This document shows, piece by piece, positions 19,526 through 29,061 of a stretch of 64,000 nt of DNA. Position 1 is the stretch's first letter. Each line of letters begins with the position of its first letter. The position numbers and the translations under genes were made by a program. The notes beneath the pieces were generated by a model. That model made no database searches. It was not told the DNA's origin and saw only the letters and a list, made by a program, of their open reading frames with translations. The stretch comes from Dehalococcoidia bacterium (GTDB lineage: Bacteria; Chloroflexota; Dehalococcoidia; Lucifugimonadales; UBA3495), in the NCBI GenBank assembly GCA_965226875.1, contig OZ245439.1, positions 711,081 to 775,080 of the forward strand, given 5' to 3'.

Positions 19526-19676
19526 TAAACCGAAGCCAAGGTGAAATGCGCAGACGGTGGGAGACAAGCGACGAGGACGGGTCATTCTCCAGGTACGGAT
19601 GAGAGGATTTAACCCGCGAAACCCGGCTGATCATCATCGCCACTTAAATGTACATCCCACCTTGGCTTTGGTTTAG
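19525..19676 (-). repeat. R155 element, subtype a (inverted)
   Basis: Reverse complement of 18144-18295; shares TA junctions with IS630-A and IS630-B. Confidence 0.9.
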
Positions 19677-20882
19677 TACCGTTTCCAGAAAGTCTTACAA
19701 TCATAAAGAAGATCAGGTAGGCTTGAGTAAAATCCTTTAGCGAGGCCGTACCTGACATGCCTGTCTCCAAATACAAAGTCGAACTGACCCAATCCGAACG
19801 CTCCGCTCTGATTGAAACATCCGGCCGTGGCAAGCCGTTGGCCCGCACGGTAAAGCGGGCCCTTGCGCTGTTGAAAGCTGACGAAGGACTCTTAGACCGC
19901 GAGGTAGCTGAGGCGGTTTCGCTCAGCGCCGCCACTGTTGCCTGAGTGCGGAGACGGTTCGTCGAGGAGGGACTGGAAGCCGCAATCAACGACCGGCCAC
20001 GGTCAGGCCGTGAGCGCAAGCTGAGCGGCAGACAGGAAGCGCACCTCGTCGCCATCGCGTGCAGCAATGCGCCCGAAGGACACACGAACTGGACGCTCCA
20101 TCTGCTGGCGGACAAGGTGGTGGAGCTGGAGTTTGCCGGGAGCATCTCCCTGGAGACGGTGCGCCAGATACTCAAAAAAACGAACTCAAGCCGTGGAAGA
20201 AGAAAGAATGGTGCATTCCCAAGGTGAGCGGGGAGTTCGTCGCCCGGATGGAGGATGTGCTGGACCTGTACCACGAAGAGTATGACCGGGAGCGTCCCGT
20301 GGTATGTTTCGACGAGACCTCCAGGCAGTTGGTCGAGGACGTGAGGCCACCCATCAAAGCCAAGCCCGGACGGGTGGAACGCTATGACACTGAGTACCAG
20401 CGAAACGGGACCCGGAACCTGTTCATGTTCTGTGAACCGAAGGGCGGATGGAGACACGTCGAAGTGACCGAGCGCCGCACTGCTGTGGACTTTGCTCACC
20501 AGATGCGCTGGCTGGTTGACCAGGCGTACCCCCACGCCAGGGTCGTCCGGCTGGTGTTGGACAATCTCAATACCCACAAGTTGGGCTCGCTCTACGAAGC
20601 ATTTGGAGCGTCCGAGGCGCGCCGCATAGCCAAACGCCTAGAGTTTCAACACACACCCAATCACGGAAGCTGGCTGAACATGGCCGAGATCGAGTTGAGC
20701 GTCTTCAGCAGGCAGTGTCTGAACCGCCGGATCGGCGATGAAGCGTTGCTGAAACGGGAGGTCGCAGCGCTCGAACGCGAGCGCAACGATGCTGGCGCCA
20801 TCATAGACTGGCGGTTCTCCACCCGGGACGCTCGCAGTAAGCTCAAACATGTATATCCAATAGAATTAAATTGAAACGGTAC
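19676..20882 (+). mobile_element. IS630-family element type B, copy 1 (1207 bp)
   Basis: Ends GTACCGTTTCC.../...GAAACGGTAC, TA flanks (19674-75, 20883-84). About 90% identical to 40886-42116. Confidence 0.9.
19757..20874 (+). pseudogene. IS630-B transposase with nonsense codon (TGA 19943-19945) plus the family A7 frameshift site (20174-20180)
   Basis: Copy 2 has AGA (Arg) where this copy has TGA. Otherwise colinear. Confidence 0.85.
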
Positions 20883-21032
20883 TAAACTAAAGCCAAGGTG
20901 GGATGTACATTTAAGTGGCGATGATGATCAGCTGGGTTATGCCGGTGAATCCCTCTCATCCGTACTTGGAGAATGACCCGGCTCCGTCGTTTGCCCCCAC
21001 CATCTGCGCATTTCACCTTGGCTTTAGTTTAG
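20882..21032 (+). repeat. R155 element, subtype b
   Basis: CTAAACTAAAGCCAAGGTGGGATGTACATTT...CTGCGCATTTCACCTTGGCTTTAGTTTAG. Confidence 0.9.
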
Positions 21033-21130
21033 TAGTCGAACATCTTTGAAATGAGGGTTAGTTGAGGTTAGCCTGATTGCGTGGCAATATTCGGGAAATG
21101 CTGCTCTCCCGTCAGGCTGCCAATTACTTA

Positions 21131-21990
21131 GAGCCTGTCTACGATCTTTGCAATATGTTAAGTTGAGGCTGTTACCAGAGGGGGTAATCATGTCTCATTC
21201 CTATTCCAGCGACATCAGCCGGGAACAGTTTGCCCGGATTCTTCCCTATTTGGAGTCGGCCCGCCGCCGGACCAAGCCCCGCACCGTGGACCTGTACGAC
21301 GTTTTCTGCGGGGTGCTCTATCTCCTGAAAAGCGGGTGCCAGTGGCGGATGCTGCCTGCGGACTTCCCAGATTGGCGCACCTGCTACAAGTATTTCCGGC
21401 AATGGAGCGAGCGACCCGACCCGGCGAAGTATTCCATTCTGGAGCAGGTCTTAAAAAAAATCGGTTGGCACAGCCCGACGAAGCAATGGTCGGAAAAAAC
21501 GGACCAGCTTCTGTATCGTGGACTCCCAGAGCGTCAAGAACACCGACAGCGCCGAGAACAAGGGCTATGACTCGGGCAAGAAGGTGTCTGGAATCAAGCG
21601 CCACATCGCCGTGGACACTCAGGGGTTGCCCCATGCGATTCACGTGACCACCGCCAACGTTACCGACCGTGCTGGGGCTTTGGCTATGTTTGACCGGCGC
21701 CGGGCCAACCTGAGGCAGGTGCAGAATGTGCTGGTGGATGGGGGATACACCGGGAAACCCTTTGCCACGGCGGTGCAGAGCCTGCTGGGAGCCTCGGTGG
21801 AAGTGGTGAAGCGCAACGAACTGCACACTTTCGTGGTGCTGCCGAAACGATGGGTGGTGGAGCGGTCTTTCGGCTGGCTGGAGAAGTGCCGCCGCCTCTG
21901 GAAGAACTGCGAGAGAAAGCTCAATACCAGCCTGCAAATGGTGGTTCTCGCCTTCGCGGTGCTAATCCTGAAGAGATTGTAAACAGGCTC
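21131..21990 (+). mobile_element. IS5-family (IS427-like) element type a, copy 1 (860 bp)
   Basis: IRs GAGCCTGTCTACGATC / GATTGTAAACAGGCTC; 3-bp direct repeat TTA (21128-30, 21991-93). Identical copy at 31617-32476. Confidence 0.9.
21190..21982 (+). CDS. IS5-family transposase split at an A8 run (21453-21460)
   Basis: ORF1 MSHSYSSDISREQFARILPYLE...CQWRMLP...EQVLKK. ORF2 (+1 frame) KSVGTARRSNGRKKRTSFCIVDSQSVKNTD...DGGYTG...ERSFGWL. An A7 run would give one continuous frame. Confidence 0.8.
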
Positions 21991-22019
21991 TTATACATCA
22001 ATTCAAAGCTGTTGGTCTA

Positions 22020-22170
22020 CTAAACTAAAACCAAGGTGAAATGCGCAGATGGTGGGGGCAAACGACGGAGCCGGGTCATTCTCCAAGTACGGATGAGAGG
22101 GATTCACCGGCATAACCCAGCTGATCATCATCGCCACTTAAATGTACATCCCACCTTGGCTTTAGTTTAG
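22020..22170 (-). repeat. R155 element, subtype b (inverted)
   Basis: Termini and interior match 20882-21032 in reverse. Confidence 0.9.
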
Positions 22171-23400
22171 TAGTCTGTCATCGTTGGAGTGATGGGTATA
22201 GCGACCTCAGTTTGATGCGGGCGTCCTTGGTGGTGAAGCGCCAGTCCACCCGTATTGAGTCACGGTTTCGTTGGTTCTGCCACGCCTTGGTCTCTTGTTC
22301 CAGGACTACCTGCCCGGGAATCCGGCGGTCCAGGCATTGCCGGGCCAGAACTCCCAGTTCGATCTCGGCCATATTGAGCCAACTCCCGTGCTTCGGCGTG
22401 TAATGAATCTCCAGCCGTTCAGCGATACGCCTCGCTTCGGCCGGCTCAAAAGCCTGGTGCAGAGAAGCCGGATGATGGGTGTTCAAGTTGTCCATCACCA
22501 GCACTATCCGCTCCTTGTCGGGGTAGTCCTCATCCACCAGTTTCCGTACCACTCGCGCCCAATCGGTCCGGGTGCGTCGCTCGGTGACCTCCACCCGCCG
22601 CCACCCCTCCAAGGGGGCGAATAGCATGAACCGGTTGCTCACTCCGTTGCGCTGGTATTCATAATCGTACGCCATGGCAGCCCTGGGCTGCGGCGGGAGG
22701 GGCTGGCGGGTCTCCTTCACCAGCTGTTTGCTGGTTTCGTCCAGGCACACCAGCACCTCGTTGTCCCCGAATTGACGGTGGTAGACCTCCAGCACGTCCT
22801 CCATGGCGCAGACGAACTCGGCGTTGCCCTGTGGCGGGATGCACCAGCACTCTTTCAGCCAAGGCTTGAGTTCGTTTTTTTCAGTGTCTGGCGCACGGTT
22901 TCGGTGCTGATGCTGTCCACTATCTCGCATTCCACCAGCCGATCCGCCAGCAGTTGCAGCGTCCAGGAGGCCCGGCCCTCCGGAGGTTGGGAGCAGGCCA
23001 AGGCAATCAACTGGGCTTCATCATGGCCGTCCAGCTTCTTGGGGCGGCGGTTAAGCTGCTCCTTGCGTCCCAGGGACCTCTCCAGACTCTCCTCCACACA
23101 GCGGCGGCGCACCCGTTCCACCGTGGCGGTTCCCACCTTGAGGGCCCGGGCTATCTCCTCGTCCTTCATGGACCCGTTGGCCTGGTTCTCATCGCAGAGC
23201 AGCAGGATGCGGGCGTGGGTCTGCCGGTAAGCTGCCGCCCGCCCCCGGCCCACCAGCCCCTTCAGTTCCTGTTGCTCCTCCTCAGCCAGCGCCACACGGT
23301 ATTTCTTCACCATCACATCCACCCCCACTTCCCAACATTTTTCCTTTGGCTGCCATCCTCTCACATTTTACCAGCCATCGTTTCAATGATGGTGGTCTAC
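22170..23400 (-). mobile_element. IS630-family element type A, copy 2
   Basis: Reverse complement of copy 1; same 1231-bp length; TA flanks. Confidence 0.9.
22178..23364 (-). CDS. IS630-A transposase (two frames, -1 frameshift)
   Basis: ORFs 22855-23364 and 22178-22930 translate identically to copy 1. Confidence 0.85.
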
Positions 23401-23550
23401 TAAACTAAAGCCAAGGTGAAATGCGCAGATGGTGGGGGCAAACGACGGAGCCGGGTCATTCTCCAAGTACGGATGAGAGGGGTTCACCGGCATAACCCAG
23501 CTGATCATCATCGCCACTTAAATGTACATCCCACCTTGGCTTTAGTTTAG
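23400..23550 (-). repeat. R155 element, subtype b (inverted)
   Basis: Same orientation as 22020-22170; a few substitutions. Confidence 0.9.
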
Positions 23551-23855
23551 ACGTCAACAACCGCATAGCCTCAATAAGATGCTACCGAAAAATTGGGAGG
23601 CAGTCGCTTGGCGGGAAACATAAGCAGAACGGCAAAACAGGAGTTTCTGGCAAAAACACGGGATCGCTGACAAGCGTTTTCCAGAGTGGACAGGAGCCGT
23701 ATCCTTGACGAATTTACCGGGTGGCCGGCCATCAACGCAAGCATGGTCTCAGGCTTCTGGCTCAATCCGAGGACGGCTGCAGGAAGGTCCGTGCTTGGGA
23801 AGCATCAGACCACCTGGACATGCACCGTGCAGAGGCTGCAATTTCCATCCAACCC

Positions 23856-24416
23856 CTACCTGTCCGCCTGTTGGATGGTCCAACGGCTGACCTCCAGGCG
23901 CTTGGCCAGTTCCCGCTGGCTCACTCCCTTCGACCGCTCCGCCCGGATGTACTCCCGTTGCTGCTCAGTCAGGCTCGGCCGCCGGCCAGGGAAACGGCCC
24001 TCGGTCCGTGCCTTCGCCTGGCCCGCGACGGAGCGCTCCCTGATCGAGTTCCGCCACCACTCGCTGAAGGCGAGCACCATCACGAGCTGGAGCTTGCCGG
24101 TGGTCGTGGACGTGTCGAAGTCTTCCGCCAGGGACCGGAACTCCACTCCCGCCCGGTGCAGGCCCTCGATCACCTGCAGCCCATAGGTCAGCCCCCTGGA
24201 GAGCCGGTCGATGTGGGTGACCACCAGGGTGTCCCCCTCGAGCACCAGGTCCAGCAGTTCCAGGAGGCCGCCGCGGTCGTTCTTGGCCCCGCTGGCCTCC
24301 TCGGCTCGAATGTTGCTCATGGCACAGCCAGAGCGGACCAGCCGTTCCACCTGCAGGTCCAGATTCTTGTCCTCCGGCTCTCTGACCGAGACCCTGGCAT
24401 AGCCGTACAGCGTCAA
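23856..24416 (-). CDS. Small serine recombinase (resolvase/invertase family)
   Basis: TTG start at 24416; the truncated paralog at 31146 has ATG at the same codon. TLYGYARVSV...LVVTHIDRLSR... plus C-terminal HTH (VSQRELAKRLEVSRWTI). Confidence 0.85.
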   Translation of the reverse strand: MTLYGYARVSVREPEDKNLDLQVERLVRSGCAMSNIRAEEASGAKNDRGGLLELLDLVLEGDTLVVTHIDRLSRGLTYGLQVIEGLHRAGVEFRSLAEDFDTSTTTGKLQLVMVLAFSEWWRNSIRERSVAGQAKARTEGRFPGRRPSLTEQQREYIRAERSKGVSQRELAKRLEVSRWTIQQADR

Positions 24417-24477
24417 CCCTCTACACCCCTGGCTGGAATACCTGAAGTATGACTGTCTGCCAGCGGTTCTGCAACCG

Positions 24478-24536
24478 GGTTTTACAGCCATCCCTTCAGC
24501 TACGGGGAGTGGGGATTTACAGCCATGGCTGTAAAC
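24478..24536. promoter_or_regulatory. res-like recombinase binding region upstream of the resolvase gene
   Basis: Half-site TTTACAGCCAT (24481-91) and perfect 20-bp palindrome TTTACAGCCATGGCTGTAAA (24516-35). A third related site TTTCCAGCCATGG is at 24751-63. The whole arrangement is duplicated at 31205-31285. Confidence 0.5.
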
Positions 24537-24544
24537 GGGGGGGG

Positions 24545-24741
24545 CTGACAGGGGTATGTAAAAGCGAGATTATAGCTACGAACCGTCCCCGCCACCCCTG
24601 GATTCCCGACTACGCCGGAATGACCGAATGGGCCCGGTAGTAAGCATTTGGGGGCGATTTTGTATCTGCGTTCTCCTAACCTACTATCCGATCTCACGAT
24701 CAACTGCGTAAGTCTCAAAATAAAATACATACCCCTGTCAG
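24545..24741. mobile_element. 197-bp TIR-bounded miniature element inserted within the res-like region
   Basis: TIRs CTGACAGGGGTATGTA / TACATACCCCTGTCAG, flanked by G-runs (G8 and G7). The paralogous site at 31262-31275 lacks it. Confidence 0.7.
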
Positions 24742-25158
24742 GGGGGGCTGTTTCCAGCCATGGCGGGCGGGTGCGGCCTGGCCAGAGCCGGCGTTTCAGA
24801 CTCGGCGATCATGCGGCAGGGACGGTGGTCCGGGAGTGCCGTTGACATCTGGCCGTAGCGCGGAAGCATCCACCGCTGGCATAATTGAACGGTCGCTGAC
24901 CAACGGCGACGCTGGCCGGCCCGACCAACCGGGCGGTCATCTTTTTGCCATGAGCCTTTGAGGACTTGCCGCCGACTACGCAACATGTGGCTGAACCAAG
25001 GTGCATCAGCCGTAATTGCCGGCGAAACCCCCGGTTCAGAGAAACGTACTGGGCCGCCCCGCTTAGGGGGCGGCCCGAAGCATAATATTGCCAACATCTC
25101 CAACGCCGGACCCCATCCAAGACACTGTTCGCTCGAGCACGCCGAGGACGAAGCAACC

Positions 25159-26754
25159 ATGACCTCACAGAACCACATCGAAATCCGCCTGGCCGAACTC
25201 CTCAAGGAAATCAAGGACGGGGACCAATGGCAGGTGGGCTACCCAGGCAACCAGAACTTCGATTACTCCCCTCTCATACCATTCCTCAGCCACTGCCTCA
25301 ACAACCTCGGGGACCCCTTCCACCAGACCAACTACCGGGCCAACACCCACCAATTCGAACGAGAGGTCATCCTCCATTTCGCCCAACTCACCGGACTGGA
25401 TCCCGACGACGCCTGGGGCTACGTCACATCGGGCGGCACCGAGGGCAACATGTACGGCCTCTACCTCGCCCGGGAACTCCATCCCGAGGGTATGCTCTAC
25501 TTCTCCGAGGAAGCCCACTATTCGATCCTCAAGATTGCCCGCATCCTCAACATGCCTCACACCACCGTCAAACGACGTACCGACGGCGAGATCGACTACG
25601 ACGACCTCCGGGACATGCTGACCGTCCACCGGGACCGTCCCGCCATCATCCTGGCCACCATCGGCACCACCATGCGCGGTGCCGTGGACGACATCCCCGC
25701 GATCCGGCAGATCATTGACGAACTGGACATCGGAGAACACTACATTCACGCGGACGCAGCACTCAGCGGCATGATCCTGCCCTACGTGGATGACCCACAG
25801 CCTTTCGGGTTCGACGCCGGCATCGACAGCATCTCCATCAGCGGCCACAAACTCATCGGCGCACCCCTGCCCTGCGGTATCGTTCTCACCCGCAAACACC
25901 TGGTTGAAATCCTGGGCAGGGCCGTGGAACTCGTCGGCGTCAACGACACCACCCTGTCCGGTTCCCGCAACGGCCTGACCCCGCTCATGCTCTGGTACGC
26001 CATTAACCGTTACGGCGAACATGAATGGAGAGAAACCGTTCGAGGAATGCTCGACACCGCCGAGTACGCCGTGAAACGGTTCAATGAACACGGCATCAAC
26101 GCATGGCGACACCGGAACTCTCCCACCGTTGTATTCGACCGACCCTCGCAGGAAGTCTTCGACAGGTGGCAGATTGCCCCCGAGGGCGAAGTGGCCCACA
26201 TCATCACCATGCCCCATGTGGACTTCCACACCATTGACCGCTTGGTCAAGGACTGCATCAGCCCGCATTCCGAACCGCCGCCGGAACACGATCTCCAGCC
26301 AGCGGAAACTGTCCTGCTGGCTCAAGAGCAGGAGACGGAGCCCGCTCAAGCAACAACGATGGCGCGCATCGTGATCATGGCCGAAAACCGCATCGGGACC
26401 ATTGCCCGGATTGCCGGCACCCTGGCCGAGAGCGGAGTGAACCTCAATAGCATCGCGACCGAGAACGAGGGACAACACGGAGTGGTGATCATCACCACCG
26501 ACCGGACGGACCACGCCCTTGCGATCCTCAACCAAGCCGGCTTCAAAGCAGTCGCTGACGAAGCTGTACTGGTCCAGCTGGCGGACCAGGCCGGAGCCCT
26601 GGCCAACCTAGCCGGCGAACTCAAGGACGCCGGCCTCAGCATCAGGACTTTCCACATCATCGAGCGCCGGGATGACTACGCGACCGCAGCCATCACCACC
26701 GATGACCAGGAAAAGGCCAAGACGGCCCTGGCCAACCGCTATACCGTAATATAA
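25159..26754 (+). CDS. PLP-dependent histidine-decarboxylase-like enzyme fused to two C-terminal ACT domains
   Basis: Start MTSQNHIE (25159). Group II decarboxylase motifs incl. SISGHKLIGAPLPCGIVL (PLP Lys). C-terminal ~140 aa form two ACT-like modules (RIVIMAENRIGTIARIAGTLAESGVNL...; LVQLADQAGALANLAGELKDAGLSI...). Confidence 0.8.
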   Translation: MTSQNHIEIRLAELLKEIKDGDQWQVGYPGNQNFDYSPLIPFLSHCLNNLGDPFHQTNYRANTHQFEREVILHFAQLTGLDPDDAWGYVTSGGTEGNMYGLYLARELHPEGMLYFSEEAHYSILKIARILNMPHTTVKRRTDGEIDYDDLRDMLTVHRDRPAIILATIGTTMRGAVDDIPAIRQIIDELDIGEHYIHADAALSGMILPYVDDPQPFGFDAGIDSISISGHKLIGAPLPCGIVLTRKHLVEILGRAVELVGVNDTTLSGSRNGLTPLMLWYAINRYGEHEWRETVRGMLDTAEYAVKRFNEHGINAWRHRNSPTVVFDRPSQEVFDRWQIAPEGEVAHIITMPHVDFHTIDRLVKDCISPHSEPPPEHDLQPAETVLLAQEQETEPAQATTMARIVIMAENRIGTIARIAGTLAESGVNLNSIATENEGQHGVVIITTDRTDHALAILNQAGFKAVADEAVLVQLADQAGALANLAGELKDAGLSIRTFHIIERRDDYATAAITTDDQEKAKTALANRYTVI

Positions 26755-26974
26755 GCACGCCGTCTTTCCGGCGGAGGCCGGAATCCAGGATCTCTTACTG
26801 GAAAACGGTGCAGTTCTCTTAGCATTCCTGGGTCCCGGCTTTCGCCGGGAGGACGGTAGGGTCTACTGAAACCGGCCCTCGCAGACCGTCTTGATCCGAT
26901 TCCGGGCCGCCGGGCGGCCCTCGGCGCGCTGCCGGGACAGCATGTTCAACCTTGCGGGCCGCCTCGGAATTTGA

Positions 26975-27011
26975 TCATATGGGAACTTTTACACCAAAAG
27001 TTCCCATATGA
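26975..27011. repeat. Perfect 16-5-16 palindrome overlapping the recombinase start codon
   Basis: TCATATGGGAACTTTT acacc AAAAGTTCCCATATGA; the ATG of ORF 27008 is inside the right arm. Confidence 0.95.
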
Positions 27012-27553
27012 TTCCCCACTACTGGAACCCCCAACAGGTCGAGCGGCTCTTGGACTCCCTGGCGGCCCTGGGGCTTCGCCGCACCCGGGTGGCGGCACTC
27101 ATCATGTGGCGAACCGGGCTGCGTGTCGGTGAGACCGTGGCCCTGGAATGGCGGGACATAGACGTCACGGTCGGCTCCCTGCTGGTCCGCCGCGGCAAGG
27201 GCGGCAGGGGCCGGACCGTCCCGCTGCACCCGGACCTGGCCAGCCTGTTCGCCAACTGGCCCACGTCCTATGGCCCGCGCGATCCCGTTGTCGGACTGAC
27301 CAGGAAAACAGTCCTGCGGCATCTGCGGGCTGGCATCGAGCATGCCGACTTGGATGAGGAGTCGCCGGGGACCGGGCGACAGAGAGCTGGGGCCCACAGC
27401 CTCCGGCACAGTGCCGCCCGTCACTGGCTGACCACCGCGGGGATCCCGCTGAACGTGGTCTCCCAGTGGCTGGGGCATGCCAACCCGGAGGTGACGCTCC
27501 GCATCTACCCTCCCATCGTGGGCAGCACCCACTCCATGGCGGACGTGCCGTAG
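27008..27553 (+). CDS. Tyrosine recombinase, catalytic domain only (181 aa)
   Basis: TGLRVGE (Arg), HSLRHSAA (His-x-x-Arg), WLGH, LRIYPP (Tyr). No N-terminal core-binding domain; an in-frame stop lies 12 codons upstream. Confidence 0.75.
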   Translation: MIPHYWNPQQVERLLDSLAALGLRRTRVAALIMWRTGLRVGETVALEWRDIDVTVGSLLVRRGKGGRGRTVPLHPDLASLFANWPTSYGPRDPVVGLTRKTVLRHLRAGIEHADLDEESPGTGRQRAGAHSLRHSAARHWLTTAGIPLNVVSQWLGHANPEVTLRIYPPIVGSTHSMADVP

Positions 27554-27604
27554 GTTCAGGCGTCGCGGATGGCGTGTTCGCGGCGGCTGTTGTTGCCGGG
27601 ATGA

Positions 27605-27680
27605 CTAAACCAATACCAAGGTGGAATCTACATAGACCCTGACGCGAATCCTTGCATTTTTCAGCTGGGCTTTGGTCTAG
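27605..27680 (+). repeat. R155 element, internally deleted and degenerate (76 bp)
   Basis: CTAAACCAATACCAAGGTGGAATCTACAT...GGGCTTTGGTCTAG. Confidence 0.65.
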
Positions 27681-28910
27681 TAGACCACCATCATTGAAAC
27701 GATGGCTGGTAAAATGTGAGAGGATGGCAGCCAAAGGAAAAATGTTGGGAAGTGGGGGTGGATGTGATGGTGAAGAAATACCGTGTGGCGCTGGCTGAGG
27801 AGGAGCAACAGGAACTGAAGGGGCTGGTGGGCCGGGGGCGGGCGGCAGCTTACCGGCAGACCCACGCCCGCATCCTGCTGCTCTGCGATGAGAACCAGGC
27901 CAACGGGTCCATGAAGGACGAGGAGATAGCCCGGGCCCTCAAGGTGGGAACCGCCACGGTGGAACGGGTGCGCCGCCGCTGTGTGGAGGAGAGTCTGGAG
28001 AGGTCCCTGGGACGCAAGGAGCAGCTTAACCGCCGCCCCAAGAAGCTGGACGGCCATGATGAAGCCCAGTTGATTGCCTTGGCCTGCTCCCAACCTCCGG
28101 AGGGCCGGGCCTCCTGGACGCTGCAACTGCTGGCGGATCGGCTGGTGGAATGCGAGATAGTGGACAGCATCAGCACCGAAACCGTGCGCCAGACACTGAA
28201 AAAAACGAACTCAAGCCTTGGCTGAAAGAGTGCTGGTGCATCCCGCCACAGGGCAACGCCGAGTTCGTCTGCGCCATGGAGGACGTGCTGGAGGTCTACC
28301 GCCGTCAATTCGGGGACAACGAGGTGCTGGTGTGCCTGGACGAAACCAGCAAACAGCTGGTGAAGGAGACCCGCCAGCCCCTCCCGCCGCAGCCCAGGGC
28401 TGCCATGGCGTACGATTATGAATACCAGCGCAACGGAGTGAGCAACCGGTTCATGCTATTCGCCCCCTTGGAGGGGTGGCGGCGGGTGGAGGTCACCGAG
28501 CGACGCACCCGGACCGATTGGGCGCGAGTGGTACGGAAACTGGTGGATGAGGACTACCCCGACAAGGAGCGGATAGTGCTGGTGATGGACAACTTGAACA
28601 CCCATCATCCGGCTTCTCTGCACCAGGCTTTTGAGCCGGCCGAAGCGAGGCGTATCGCTGAACGGCTGGAGATTCATTACACGCCGAAGCACGGGAGTTG
28701 GCTCAATATGGCCGAGATCGAACTGGGAGTTCTGGCCCGGCAATGCCTGGACCGCCGGATTCCCGGGCAGGTAGTCCTGGAACAAGAGACCAAGGCGTGG
28801 CAGAACCAACGAAACCGTGACTCAATACGGGTGGACTGGCGCTTCACCACCAAGGACGCCCGCATCAAACTGAGGTCGCTATACCCATCACTCCAACGAT
28901 GACAGACTAC
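27680..28910 (+). mobile_element. IS630-family element type A, copy 3
   Basis: 1231 bp, TA flanks; one amino-acid difference (YRRQF vs YHRQF) from copies 1 and 2. Confidence 0.9.
27716..28902 (+). CDS. IS630-A transposase (two frames, -1 frameshift)
   Basis: ORFs 27716-28225 and 28150-28902. Confidence 0.85.
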
Positions 28911-29061
28911 TAAACTAAAGCCAAGGTGAAATGCGCAGATGGTGGGGGTCAAACGACGGAGCCGGGTCATTCTCCAAGTACGGATGAGAGGGATTCACCC
29001 GCGCAACCCAGCTGATCACCATCGCCACTTAAATGTACATCCCACCTTGGCTTTAGTTTAG
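28910..29061 (-). repeat. R155 element, subtype b-like (inverted)
   Basis: Termini conserved. Its TTA (29058-60) supplies the stop codon of the downstream minus-strand gene. Confidence 0.9.

Larger units (their letters stand above)
21032..22020 (+). mobile_element. 126-bp IS630-A-derived MITE interrupted by an IS5-family element
   Basis: Ends GTAGTCGAACATCTTTGAAATG.../...GCTGTTGGTCTAC resemble the IS630-A IRs and the intact 126-bp MITE at 44233-44358. 126 bp remain after removing 21131-21993. Confidence 0.8.

Noticed and set aside
24545-24741. Invertible promoter switch (inverton) controlled by the adjacent resolvase and driving the decarboxylase gene.
   Set aside because: Not excluded, but the paralogous res-like region at 31242-31285 is contiguous without this segment, and the segment has G-run flanks like a target duplication. 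Insertion of a miniature element is therefore the simpler reading, and no clear promoter was seen inside it.
25165-26535. Long antisense or alternative-frame ORFs. Examples: 25165-26535, 5218-6165, 12031-13518, 19609-20577, 40883-42085, 53536-54744, 344-901.
   Set aside because: They lie opposite or out of frame to genes with clear family signatures, are rich in Arg/Pro/Gly as expected for shadow frames in GC-rich DNA, and show no motifs.
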